Shown in pieces: positions 8,187 through 16,776 of a stretch of 39,777 nt of DNA. The notes under the pieces were generated by a model, which saw only the letters and a list, made by a program, of their open reading frames with translations, did no database searches and had not been told where the DNA came from. Position 1 is the stretch's first letter. The number at the start of each line of letters is the position of its first letter. Made by a program: the position numbers and the translations under genes. The DNA lies in NCBI GenBank assembly GCA_964633565.1, contig CAZWGW010000001.1, positions 1 to 39,777 on the forward strand. The letters are read 5' to 3'. The DNA is from an uncultured Planctomycetaceae bacterium (GTDB lineage: Bacteria > Planctomycetota > Planctomycetia > Planctomycetales > Planctomycetaceae).

Positions 8187-9755
8187 ATGACGACCCTTAC
8201 TGCCGGGACTTTGGCATCGATCGCTCCCGCACCGGGCGTCGCCGGGCTGCTCGACCGCCTGCGCGGGATCGTCGGTCCCGACGCTCTGATCGCCGACATT
8301 GACGAACTTCTCGTCTACGAATGCGACGGCTACGTCGTCGAGAAGCGCGTGCCGGACGTTGTCGTGTTTCCCACGTCCACGCAGCAGGTCGTCGACATCG
8401 TTCATGCCTGCAACGAATGCGACGTGCCGTTCGTACCGCGGGGCGCCGGGACGTCGCTGGCGGGGGGGACGCTGCCGGTCGGCGGCGGCGTGATGATCTG
8501 CACGACACGGATGAAGCGCATCCTCGACGTCAACCTCCGCGACCGCTACGCCGTCGTTGAGCCGGGCCTTGTGAACGTCCACCTCACGCAGCACCTCAAG
8601 GGGACCGGCTGCCACTATGCCCCCGATCCGTCGTCGCAGGGGGCCTGTACGATCGGCGGCAACGTCGCCACGAACTCCGGCGGCCCGCACACGCTCAAGT
8701 ACGGCGTGACGGTCAACCACGTTCTCGGCGCAGAGGTGGTGCTCCCCGACGGGGAGGTCGTGCAGTTCGGCGGTCCCTGTGAGGAACTGCCGGGATACGA
8801 CCTGACCGGTCTGTTCGTCGGCAGCGAGGGGACGTTCGGCGTCTGCACGAAAGTCTGGGTGCGGCTCACTCGCGACCCGGCTGCCTTTCGCACGATGCTC
8901 GGCGTGTTCGAGACGGTCCGCGCGGCGACGGAGGCGATCTCGGCCATCATCGGCGCCGGGATCGTCCCCGCCGCACTGGAAATGATGGACCAGGGGATTA
9001 TTGAGGCGCTCGAAGCGGCGTTTCACTTCGGGTTCCCGCTGGATGCCGGGGCCGTACTGCTGATCGAAGTCGACGGGTTGGAGGTGGCCGTCGACGAAGA
9101 GGCGAAGAAGATCGTCGAACTGTGCCGCCAGCGCGGTGCGCGCGAGGTGCGGGCCGCCAATACGCCGCAGGAACGGCAACTCCTGTGGAAGTGCCGCAAG
9201 CAGGCGTTCGGCGCGATCGGCCGACTGTCCCCCAGTTACTGCACGCAGGACGGCGTCGTCCCGCGGACGAAGCTGCCGGAGATCCTGGACTTCATCACGC
9301 GCACGAGCGAGAAGCACGGCATCCGCATCGTGAATGTCTTTCATGCCGGAGATGGCAACATTCACCCGATCCTGCTGTTCGATGAGCGCAACCACGAACA
9401 ACTTCAGCGCGTGATCGCCGCAGGGGACGAGATCCTCTCAAAGTGCATCGAGTTGGGCGGCAGTGTGACAGGGGAGCACGGAATCGGCGTGGAGAAAATC
9501 TCGTTCATGTGCGAGCCGGATGGGGGCGAGAGTCGGGAGCAGAGGGCAGAGAGCAGCGGCGATTCCGCGACTGATGTGGGAACTCCGGCGCGCCGGTACC
9601 TCTTCACCCGCACGGACATCGCCGTCATGGAGGACCTGCGGAAGGTGTTCAATCCCGAGGGGCGCTGCAGCCCGCACAAAATGCTGCCCACCGCCGGGGG
9701 GTGCGGGATGGAACAGATTGAGAGGCGTCACCCCGGTCGGCGCGCGGCGTTGTGA
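8187..9755 (+). CDS. FAD-linked oxidase, GlcD-like (glycolate / D-lactate dehydrogenase family)
   Basis: The FAD-binding PCMH-type N-domain is present (VVFPTSTQQVVDIVHACNECDVPFVPRGAGTSLAGG). The C-terminal block is FHAGDGNIHP...GGSVTGEHGIGVEK...FNPEG. The start is taken at ATG 8187 (MTTLTAG), not at the upstream 8046 of the ORF track. Confidence 0.9.
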   Translation: MTTLTAGTLASIAPAPGVAGLLDRLRGIVGPDALIADIDELLVYECDGYVVEKRVPDVVVFPTSTQQVVDIVHACNECDVPFVPRGAGTSLAGGTLPVGGGVMICTTRMKRILDVNLRDRYAVVEPGLVNVHLTQHLKGTGCHYAPDPSSQGACTIGGNVATNSGGPHTLKYGVTVNHVLGAEVVLPDGEVVQFGGPCEELPGYDLTGLFVGSEGTFGVCTKVWVRLTRDPAAFRTMLGVFETVRAATEAISAIIGAGIVPAALEMMDQGIIEALEAAFHFGFPLDAGAVLLIEVDGLEVAVDEEAKKIVELCRQRGAREVRAANTPQERQLLWKCRKQAFGAIGRLSPSYCTQDGVVPRTKLPEILDFITRTSEKHGIRIVNVFHAGDGNIHPILLFDERNHEQLQRVIAAGDEILSKCIELGGSVTGEHGIGVEKISFMCEPDGGESREQRAESSGDSATDVGTPARRYLFTRTDIAVMEDLRKVFNPEGRCSPHKMLPTAGGCGMEQIERRHPGRRAAL

Positions 9756-9764
9756 ATTCACCGC

Positions 9765-11339
9765 ATGCACGGAACTGACTCAAGTGAGCGCTCGTCAAGA
9801 GAACCGGCCGTTGCCGGTCCCCTGCCGCTCGCGGCCGCGGAATCGCGGCCCCGGTCGTCGCTGCTGATCCTGGGCATGATTCTGCTGGCGTTCGTCGTAG
9901 TGCGGCTGCCGGTCATGCTGCGCCAACCGGGGAGCCTGGACGAGGAATTCTATTCCGTGCCGGGCTGGACGATCGTCAACGAGGGCATCCCGCGAGCGCC
10001 GCATATTCCGCAACGTGACCCCCAGCGCGTGTTCTATCGCGCCGATGAGGCGTTCTTTGTCGAGCCGCCGCTTGGATTCTACTGGCAGGCAGTCTTCTTC
10101 GCACTGCTGCCGGACACGTACGCGGCGGCGCGAATCGCATCGGGGGTGGCGGCGCTGGCGACAATCGGCCTGGTTTATGAACTCGGTCGCCGGCTCTACC
10201 GCGACGAGGGGGCGGCCCTGTGGGGGGCGGGGATGTATTCGCTGTTTCGCACATTCTATTTTCCGGCCATCACCGGACGGCCCGACATGCTCTGTACGGC
10301 GTTCGGACTGGGCGTACTAATGCTCGTATCCCGTTGGCATGACCGGCGCGACTCGCGGTTGCTGGCGGCCGTCGGCGTACTGCTCGGGCTCGGAGGATTG
10401 ACGCATCCGCTCGCGTTCGTCTACGCGCTGCAGGCGGCGGGCTGGGTGATCGTCGCTGGAACGGGTTGGCGCAGGCTGGTTGATCTGGCGATCGTCGTCG
10501 CCGTCGCGATGGTGGTCTTTGCCCTCTGGTTGCCTTTGATCCTGCGATTTCCCGAGCCGTTTCGCGGCCAGTTCCTGAACCATGTGCAATCCGGTCCGGG
10601 AATCCTGCAGCGAATGCTGCTGCCCTGGGAGTCGCTCCGGTATCAGGCGTGGATGATGTCGGGACACCTCGGTGGCGTGCAATTCTGGCTGCTGCTGGGG
10701 GGCTGGACCGTCGCAGTCCTGCTTTACATACGCTCGGGAGAAGCAGGTCCGCGGGTCGCCGCGCTACTCGCGGCCTCGGGCGTCTATCTGCTCGCAACAA
10801 TGGCCGGGGTCCACCCGACACAATACTACTGGTGCTACCCGACGGCCCTGCTGTGTGTGTGTCTGGGAGGCACGATCCGCAGACTGGCAGGGCGATTGGA
10901 GCAAAGCGATGGCGCCCGGCTGCGCGCGAATGCAATTATCGGCCTCTTGCTGGGGGCGCTCATGTTGCCTGGCGCCGGCGTGCGGACGACGCTGGTTTAC
11001 CTGACGCACTGGAACGACGTGAACTACAACGCTCCGGCCTTCGCTCGCGTCATCCTCGCGGACCTGCCCGCCGACGTCCGCTATACGGTGGACCGGGAGT
11101 ACGTTCTGGACTTCCTGGCAGCCGGTCGACAGACGATGCTGGCTGAGACCTTTGCGCTGTATTTCAGCGCGGAGAAATTCCCTTACGACCTTCTGGTGAT
11201 CAGCCGCCACGGCGTTGACGAGCGGATCGCGGCGGCGATGAACGGAGAACTGGTGCGCACGTATGGCGTGCGTGATGACCCGTTCGCGTGCTACGTCGAA
11301 GTCTATCGGCCGACGCAACGATCCGTCGCACGGCCGTGA
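9765..11339 (+). CDS. GT-C fold polytopic glycosyltransferase (ArnT / PMT-like, GT39/GT83 type)
   Basis: It has about 10 or more hydrophobic helices. The first periplasmic loop carries the acidic motif GSLDEEFYSVPGW (the DE-x-x-Y/F motif of ArnT/PMT enzymes). A soluble C-terminal domain of about 130 aa follows. No finer family assignment is possible by eye. Confidence 0.7.
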   Translation: MHGTDSSERSSREPAVAGPLPLAAAESRPRSSLLILGMILLAFVVVRLPVMLRQPGSLDEEFYSVPGWTIVNEGIPRAPHIPQRDPQRVFYRADEAFFVEPPLGFYWQAVFFALLPDTYAAARIASGVAALATIGLVYELGRRLYRDEGAALWGAGMYSLFRTFYFPAITGRPDMLCTAFGLGVLMLVSRWHDRRDSRLLAAVGVLLGLGGLTHPLAFVYALQAAGWVIVAGTGWRRLVDLAIVVAVAMVVFALWLPLILRFPEPFRGQFLNHVQSGPGILQRMLLPWESLRYQAWMMSGHLGGVQFWLLLGGWTVAVLLYIRSGEAGPRVAALLAASGVYLLATMAGVHPTQYYWCYPTALLCVCLGGTIRRLAGRLEQSDGARLRANAIIGLLLGALMLPGAGVRTTLVYLTHWNDVNYNAPAFARVILADLPADVRYTVDREYVLDFLAAGRQTMLAETFALYFSAEKFPYDLLVISRHGVDERIAAAMNGELVRTYGVRDDPFACYVEVYRPTQRSVARP

Positions 11340-11342
11340 ACG

Positions 11343-11363
11343 ATTTCCGGTCCGTCCGGAAAT
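11343..11363 (+). terminator. hairpin directly after the GT-C gene (weak intrinsic-terminator candidate)
   Basis: ATTTCCGG-tccgt-CCGGAAAT forms a perfect 8-bp stem with a 5-nt loop, starting 4 nt after TGA 11337-11339. No T-tract follows (GTTGCATATTGC). Confidence 0.3.
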
Positions 11364-11375
11364 GTTGCATATTGC

Positions 11376-11404
11376 TTGACTTCTGACGCCAGATTGAGCA
11401 GAAT
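11376..11404 (+). promoter_or_regulatory. sigma70-like promoter candidate for the aminosugar operon
   Basis: The motif is TTGACT (11376-11381), N17, CAGAAT (11399-11404), in a locally AT-richer patch. It would give a leader of about 420 nt before ATG 11832. Planctomycete promoter rules are poorly known. Confidence 0.25.
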
Positions 11405-11831
11405 GCAGTATCGTGAACGACTGTTCCTCTCGACGTCTCATTTGCCATGACCCGCGCGTACGTGAATTTGCGTGCGTGACGATGACAGCACAGCCGGAAT
11501 CAATTTGAGGTCGTTCGCTGACGCAGCCGCTCTCCGTTGCGCGACGGAGAGAGCATCGGCCCGCGTCTGCGAGTTTTGTTGACCCGTCTCGTTGCGCGGA
11601 GGTGCACAATGAGGGGACTCGCTGGCGTTGCGCGCACTGCGGTGCGCGTTACAAACCCGATTCTGTTCTCCCGGCTTCTGCCGATCGTGCGGTCCCGGTG
11701 TCGCGCCGGACCGCGTGCGGACCACTGATCATCTTCTGTCCCAGTGGATTCCCTGCGGCATCGTTGCGCGCGGTACCAGGCTGCGCGCCTCAGCCAGCGA
11801 GCGCTGATGCTGCGCTCTTGCGATCGGACAC

Positions 11832-13055
11832 ATGCACACTCATCCGCAGATCCCGTTCAACAAGCCGTTCGTCTGCGGCAAGGAGCTGTATTACATCGCG
11901 CAGGCGGTGACATACGGCAACCTGGCCGGAGACGGGCGGTTTACGCGCTCGTGTACGCAATTGCTCGAGCAGCGGTTTCGCGTGCCGCGCGTGCTGCTCA
12001 CCCCCTCCTGCACCTCCGCCCTGGAGATGGCGGCGATGTTGTGCGATCTCGGTCCGGGGGATGAGGTCATCATGCCGTCGTACACGTTTGTGTCGACCGC
12101 GTCCGCCGTGGCGCGGCTGGGTGCTACGCCCGTGTGGGTCGACATCCGGCCGGACACGCTGAATATCGACGAAGAACTGGTCGAACAGGCCATTACCACG
12201 CGGACCAAAGCGGTCTTCGTCGTGCACTACGCGGGGGTCGGTTGCCGGATGGACCGCATCATGGAGGTCGCCCGGCGTCACGGACTGGTCGTCGTCGAGG
12301 ACGCCGCACAAGGGGTCAATTCATTCTTCCGGGGGCGGGCGCTCGGTTCCATCGGCCATCTCGGCTGTTACAGTTTTCACGAGACGAAGAACTACCTCTG
12401 CGGTGAAGGCGGGGCGCTCTGCATCAACGACGAACGCTTTATCGCACGCGCCGAGATCATCCGCGACAAGGGGACGAACCGTCAGCAGTATTTTCGCGGC
12501 GACGTGGACAAGTACACGTGGGTCGACATCGGCTCTTCGTATGTCCCCAGCGAGATCTGTTCGGCGTTCCTGTACGGGCAACTGGAGATGCTCCACGAGA
12601 TCGCCGCCCGACGCAAAGAGGTCTACCAGTTCTATTGCCACCTTCTCCGGCCGCTCGAACAGGCCGGTCACTTGCGGCTGCCCCACATCCCGGAGGAGTG
12701 CCGGTCAAACTACCACATGCTCTACATGCTGCTGCCGAGCGGAACACTGCGGGATGAGCTCCTGAAGCACCTGCACACGGTGGGGGTTCACGCCGTCTTT
12801 CACTATGTGCCGCTGCACACGTCTCCGATGGGTCGGAAACTTGGAGGCCGGGACGGTGACCTGCCTGTCACGGAGGACGTTGCGCGGCGGCTGATCCGCC
12901 TGCCGATGTACTATGGGATTACCGATGATGAGCAACGCGCCGTGGCGGCGGCGATCACGCGATACTTAGAATGGAGCGGAGAATCGCTCCGCGGCGACGA
13001 AGAAGCGGCGGTGCTGGCGGCGGCCGGATCAGTCAGCGAGGGGCTGCTGCGATGA
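11832..13055 (+). CDS. wecE: dTDP-4-amino-4,6-dideoxyhexose transaminase, WecE/RffA-like (DegT/DnrJ/EryC1 family, PLP-dependent)
   Basis: It is near-collinear with E. coli WecE as I remember it: IPFNKPFVCGKELYYI, LLTPSCTSALEMAA, PGDEVIMPSYTFVSTA, VVEDAAQGV, SFHETKNY (PLP lysine), IIRDKGTNRQQYFRG.VDKYTWVDIGSSY, FHYVPLH. Confidence 0.9.
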   Translation: MHTHPQIPFNKPFVCGKELYYIAQAVTYGNLAGDGRFTRSCTQLLEQRFRVPRVLLTPSCTSALEMAAMLCDLGPGDEVIMPSYTFVSTASAVARLGATPVWVDIRPDTLNIDEELVEQAITTRTKAVFVVHYAGVGCRMDRIMEVARRHGLVVVEDAAQGVNSFFRGRALGSIGHLGCYSFHETKNYLCGEGGALCINDERFIARAEIIRDKGTNRQQYFRGDVDKYTWVDIGSSYVPSEICSAFLYGQLEMLHEIAARRKEVYQFYCHLLRPLEQAGHLRLPHIPEECRSNYHMLYMLLPSGTLRDELLKHLHTVGVHAVFHYVPLHTSPMGRKLGGRDGDLPVTEDVARRLIRLPMYYGITDDEQRAVAAAITRYLEWSGESLRGDEEAAVLAAAGSVSEGLLR

Positions 13056-14101
13056 TGACGCCCGCCGGAACGAATTCCAGCACGACAGGCTGTGCCTGCG
13101 AGTTGCCGCCCGGGATCTCCGTTGTGGTACCGGTCTTCAACGCAGCCGCCACATTGCCCGAACTGATTGATCAGCTCCACGCCGTGCTCACCCGGCTGGA
13201 ACAGCCATACGAAATCATCCTCGTCGACGACGGCAGCCGGGATGAGAGTTGGGGCGTCATTTCGAATGCGGCCGCATCCAATCTCGTGCGGGGCGTCGCG
13301 CTGATGCGGAACACCGGACAGCACAACGCGCTGCTCTGCGGCGTCCGCTTGGCGCGCTACGCCACCACGGTGACGCTGGACGACGACCTGCAACATCCGC
13401 CCGATCAGTTGCCCCGGCTGGTGAGCCGACTGCACGAGGGGGACGTCGACCTCGTCTACGGGCTTCCCATCGAGCGGCGGCAGGCACGCCACCGCCGCCT
13501 CGGTTCCTGGCTGCTGCGGCAGGCGCTGGCGGCGGCCACCTCCCGCGAAATGGCCCGGGCAGTGAACTCGTTTCGGGCGTTCCGGACCAATCTTCGCCGC
13601 GCTTTTTCCGACTTTTCCGGGCCGGCCGTTGTGCTCGACGTTCTGCTGTCGTGGGGCACGAGCCGCTTCGCGACGGCAAGCGTCCGGCACCGGGACCGCG
13701 CGGCAGGCCGGTCGAACTATACGCCTGCCCGCCTGCTCCGGACGGCACTGGTGGTGCTGACGGCGTTCAGCTCCGCGCCGCTGCGCGCAGCCAGTCTGCT
13801 GGGACTGGTGATGACGCTGTTTGGAGCGGCAATCCTGGCATACGTCCTGCTGACGTATTTCCTGGAAGGGAGCCTGCCGGGGTTCCCCTTTCTGGCCTCG
13901 CTTGCTGCGATCTTCGGCGGCACACAACTGTTCGCGCTGGGCATCCTGGGAGAGTATCTCGCTCAGGTCTTCGAGCGCAGCATGCACCGTCCGAGCTACA
14001 CAATCGCAGCGACGACGGACAAGTCCGCCGCCGATCCGCAGCCCACGGTTCCCCGGAGTGAGGCCGCCTGGCGGGACCAGCCGCTGTTGCAGGGGACCTG
14101 A
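13052..14101 (+). CDS. GT2 polyprenyl-phosphate glycosyltransferase (ArnC / GtrB / DPM1-like) with two C-terminal TM helices
   Basis: ATG 13052 overlaps the wecE stop (ATGA). Motifs are ISVVVPVFNAAATL, EIILVDDGSRD, TLDDDLQHPP. The C-terminal helices are LLGLVMTLFGAAILAYVLLTYF and FLASLAAIFGGTQLFALGILGEYL, as in GtrB/ArnC. Confidence 0.85.
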   Translation: MMTPAGTNSSTTGCACELPPGISVVVPVFNAAATLPELIDQLHAVLTRLEQPYEIILVDDGSRDESWGVISNAAASNLVRGVALMRNTGQHNALLCGVRLARYATTVTLDDDLQHPPDQLPRLVSRLHEGDVDLVYGLPIERRQARHRRLGSWLLRQALAAATSREMARAVNSFRAFRTNLRRAFSDFSGPAVVLDVLLSWGTSRFATASVRHRDRAAGRSNYTPARLLRTALVVLTAFSSAPLRAASLLGLVMTLFGAAILAYVLLTYFLEGSLPGFPFLASLAAIFGGTQLFALGILGEYLAQVFERSMHRPSYTIAATTDKSAADPQPTVPRSEAAWRDQPLLQGT

Positions 14102-14103
14102 GC

Positions 14104-14799
14104 ATGGGATCGCGACGAGGATCGCTTGCCGACGCGCAACGGGTGTTCTACCAGCGGCTCTGGCGGGACTACGGGGATGATCCGCGATCGCTGTCACACC
14201 GCGACGCGACGACGCAGCGGGAACGCTTTTTCCGGCTGGCACGCACCTTTCACCAGCAGCCCGGCGCGTTTTCGGTGCATGAGGTCGGATGCGGACTGGG
14301 CCACTTCGGCGAATACCTGGATACACGCTATCCGCGCGCCACGTACTCCGGCACTGACGTCTGCCCGGAGTTTGTTGACGCATGCCGACGAAAGTTTCCC
14401 GGCGCGGCATTCCACCTGCGGGACTTCCGGAAGCACGACGAGCGCGAACAGTTCGATTTCGTGGTGCTGAGCGGGACATTCAATCCGCGGCTCGGCGTCG
14501 TACCCGCGGAGTGGCAGGCGTTCATCGAAGACATGATTCGCAGGATGTTCAACTGCTGCCGGTGCGGCATTGCCGTCAACTTTCTCTCGCCGTACTGTGA
14601 TGCCGACCGTCGGGACGAGACGCTGCACTACGAGGACCCGTGGCGCACGACGGACTGGGTGGTCCGCGATCTGTCGCGACACATCGAAATCGACTGGGGC
14701 GGACCGTTGTTTGAGTTCACCCTCCGGGTCTATCGCCCGGAGTATGTCCGCCAGTTGTATCCGGAGGCGGAGTTTGACCGTTATTTCCCCGCTACCTGA
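14104..14799 (+). CDS. class I SAM-dependent methyltransferase
   Basis: The ATG lies 2 nt after the GT2 stop. Motif I is VHEVGCGLGHFGEYL and the post-I acidic residue is in GTDV. The size (231 aa) fits small-molecule/sugar methyltransferases. The substrate is not inferable. Confidence 0.7.
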   Translation: MGSRRGSLADAQRVFYQRLWRDYGDDPRSLSHRDATTQRERFFRLARTFHQQPGAFSVHEVGCGLGHFGEYLDTRYPRATYSGTDVCPEFVDACRRKFPGAAFHLRDFRKHDEREQFDFVVLSGTFNPRLGVVPAEWQAFIEDMIRRMFNCCRCGIAVNFLSPYCDADRRDETLHYEDPWRTTDWVVRDLSRHIEIDWGGPLFEFTLRVYRPEYVRQLYPEAEFDRYFPAT

Positions 14800-14806
14800 G
14801 CCGGCC

Positions 14807-15556
14807 GTGGACGCACGCCCTGAGATCGACTCCGGCCGGCTGACGGCCTGGTACGATGTCCAGGCGCCGTTTTACCACGCCTGGCGCGACGACTACGGCG
14901 CACCTGCGGTGCGGCAGGTGATTGCGCTGCTGAGCGACATGCGCGGCACGGTGCTCGACGTCGGCTGTGGAACGGGACTGCTGGCGATTGCACTGGCCCG
15001 CGCGCTGCCGGCCTGCCGCATCATTGGTCTCGATCTGTCGCGTGGAATGCTGCAGATTGCGAAACGCGAGACGGCGCGGGCATCGCTCTCGAATGTGTGC
15101 TTCCTCCGCGGGAACGCCGAGGCGCTGCCGTTCGCCAATGCCTCAATGGCAGCCGTTGTCGCCGGGGGAGTGCTGGCAAACCTCACTGACCGTCGGCGCG
15201 TGCTCGCCGAGATGGCGCGTGTGGCCCAGTCGCGCGGCCGCCTCGTGTTGACCGAGTTCGACAACGAGACGGCCGGAACGCCGCTGAGGATGTTTGTGAA
15301 GTTCATGACAATGGGACAGCAGATCGTTTCGACGGTATTCCCCCGGTACCGGTTTGCGCGGCGGTGGCAGAGTGCTTCGTCCTTCGTGCCGCCGGATGAA
15401 GTGCAGCGGCAATTGTGCCAGACCGGCTGCACCGTCAATCGCCTGTATCGCAGTAAGGGACATTACGTCATTTCGGCTGAGCGCAGCGCACATTCAAGCG
15501 AGACCGATCGACCGACCGGATCTGAGGAGACGCCGCCGTGTCACCATCGTTCTTGA
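14807..15556 (+). CDS. class I SAM-dependent methyltransferase (Methyltransf_11 / UbiE-like)
   Basis: VLDVGCGTGLLAIALA is motif I, followed by IIGLDLSRGML, GNAEALPF and the VVAGGVLANL blocks. The only plausible start after the upstream stop is GTG 14807, because the first ATG falls just before motif I. Confidence 0.75.
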   Translation: MDARPEIDSGRLTAWYDVQAPFYHAWRDDYGAPAVRQVIALLSDMRGTVLDVGCGTGLLAIALARALPACRIIGLDLSRGMLQIAKRETARASLSNVCFLRGNAEALPFANASMAAVVAGGVLANLTDRRRVLAEMARVAQSRGRLVLTEFDNETAGTPLRMFVKFMTMGQQIVSTVFPRYRFARRWQSASSFVPPDEVQRQLCQTGCTVNRLYRSKGHYVISAERSAHSSETDRPTGSEETPPCHHRS

Positions 15557-15984
15557 CGGGGAACGCCTGTCTGGCCGGGTCGATCCTGCTGGCCTCACTC
15601 GGCCAGGTGCTGCTGCGGGCGGCGCTCCGGAACAGTGATTCGTTGCCGGCCGCCGCGCAGGTACTCCCGGGCGGGATCGGCATGTCGCGCTTGCTCCTGT
15701 TGTCGGCCGCCGGGTTGAGCATCGTGGCGGGCTTCGTTGCGTGGGCGTTTTGCCTGCGGCACCTGCCGGTCGCCTACGCCTACACCGTCGCCTGCTCGTC
15801 CGTGGTGCTGGTCGCGGCGCTGGGGCGAGTGTATCTCGAGGAGCGGTGGTCGCCCGCGATGTCGGTCGGCGCGCTCCTGATTCTCGCCGGCACGCTGGTG
15901 CTGTTCGCCGATGGTCGGCGCAGCGCCTCCTCGAGTGCTGCATCTCCACCGGATGGAGCGCCAGATGTCGAGACGCGTCCATGA
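15538..15984 (+). CDS. small 4-TM DMT/SMR-like membrane protein (ArnE/ArnF- or GtrA-like candidate flippase)
   Basis: The start GTG 15538 is preceded by GAGGAGA and overlaps the methyltransferase end by 19 nt. There are four hydrophobic helices (ACLAGSILLASLGQVLL; LLLLSAAGLSIVAGFVAWAF; YAYTVACSSVVLVAALG; VGALLILAGTLVLF). The size and position mirror ArnE/F. Confidence 0.6.
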   Translation: MSPSFLTGNACLAGSILLASLGQVLLRAALRNSDSLPAAAQVLPGGIGMSRLLLLSAAGLSIVAGFVAWAFCLRHLPVAYAYTVACSSVVLVAALGRVYLEERWSPAMSVGALLILAGTLVLFADGRRSASSSAASPPDGAPDVETRP

Positions 15985-16679
15985 AGTGTGCGATTCTGCA
16001 GCCCTGCTATCTGCCGTGGCGCGGTTACTTCGACCAGATTCGCAAGGCAGACGTTTTCGTATTCTATGACGACGTACAGTACGACGCCCGCGGCTGGCGA
16101 AACCGCAACCGCGTACTCGGTCCGGCCGGTCCGCAATGGATCACGATTCCCGTGCATCACCGCGGCAGCCAGACAGAGCGGCGGCCCATCCATACCATCG
16201 AAATCTGTTGGGATTCAGACTGGACGGCCAGGCACCTCCGCACGCTGGAATGCTCTTACCGCCGCGCCCCCTGGTTCGACGAAGTCCTGTCGTGGCTGGC
16301 ACCCTTCTACCGCCGCCGGGACCGCTATCTGGCGGATCTGGTGATCGACCTCACCCTGGCGGTCGCGGAACGAATATCCCTGCCGTCAACACGGTTCCTG
16401 CGATCCTCCCGGTTGCAGGCAGAGGGGCGCCGGACGGCACGGCTGCTGTCGATCCTGCAGCAGGTGGGCGCTTCGCATTACATTACGGGCCCTTCGGCGC
16501 GCGACTACCTGGATGAATCGCTGTTGGGGCAGTACGGGATCACCGTCGAATACATGGCTTATCATTACCCGCCCTACCCCCAACTCCGCTCCGCGTTTGA
16601 GCCGGCGTTGTCGATTGTGGACCTGTTGTTCATGGCGGGGCCAGACGCCGGGCGGTACATCTGGGGCATTCCAGCGTAA
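15981..16679 (+). CDS. WbqC-family protein (PF08889-type, polysaccharide/aminosugar clusters, function unknown)
   Basis: ATG 15981 overlaps the upstream stop (ATGA). MKCAILQPCYLPWRGYFDQIRKADVFVFYDDVQYDARGWRNRNRV, then later YITGPSARDYL and LSIVDLLF, match the WbqC family consensus as I recall it. Confidence 0.8.
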   Translation: MKCAILQPCYLPWRGYFDQIRKADVFVFYDDVQYDARGWRNRNRVLGPAGPQWITIPVHHRGSQTERRPIHTIEICWDSDWTARHLRTLECSYRRAPWFDEVLSWLAPFYRRRDRYLADLVIDLTLAVAERISLPSTRFLRSSRLQAEGRRTARLLSILQQVGASHYITGPSARDYLDESLLGQYGITVEYMAYHYPPYPQLRSAFEPALSIVDLLFMAGPDAGRYIWGIPA

Positions 16680-16776
16680 CCCCTCTCGCCTCGTCGCCGG
16701 GATACCCATTCGCTCTGCGGCGCAGTAGAATCGTCGTGGAGGTTGCGATCACTCAGCGGCAACCGGGAGTCAATCC

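Noticed and set aside
11602-11910. 102-aa ORF in the long spacer with a WRCAHCGARYKP zinc-ribbon-like CxxC
   Set aside because: It has only one clean CxxC pair. The rest is Arg/Ala/Ser-rich and shadow-like. It would overlap the well-supported wecE start by 79 nt in another frame, and there is no convincing RBS spacing.
12911-14479. 522-aa minus-strand ORF
   Set aside because: It is antisense to the GT2 and methyltransferase genes, which carry clear motifs (DDDLQHPP, VGCGLG). The sequence is Arg/Pro/Gly-rich.
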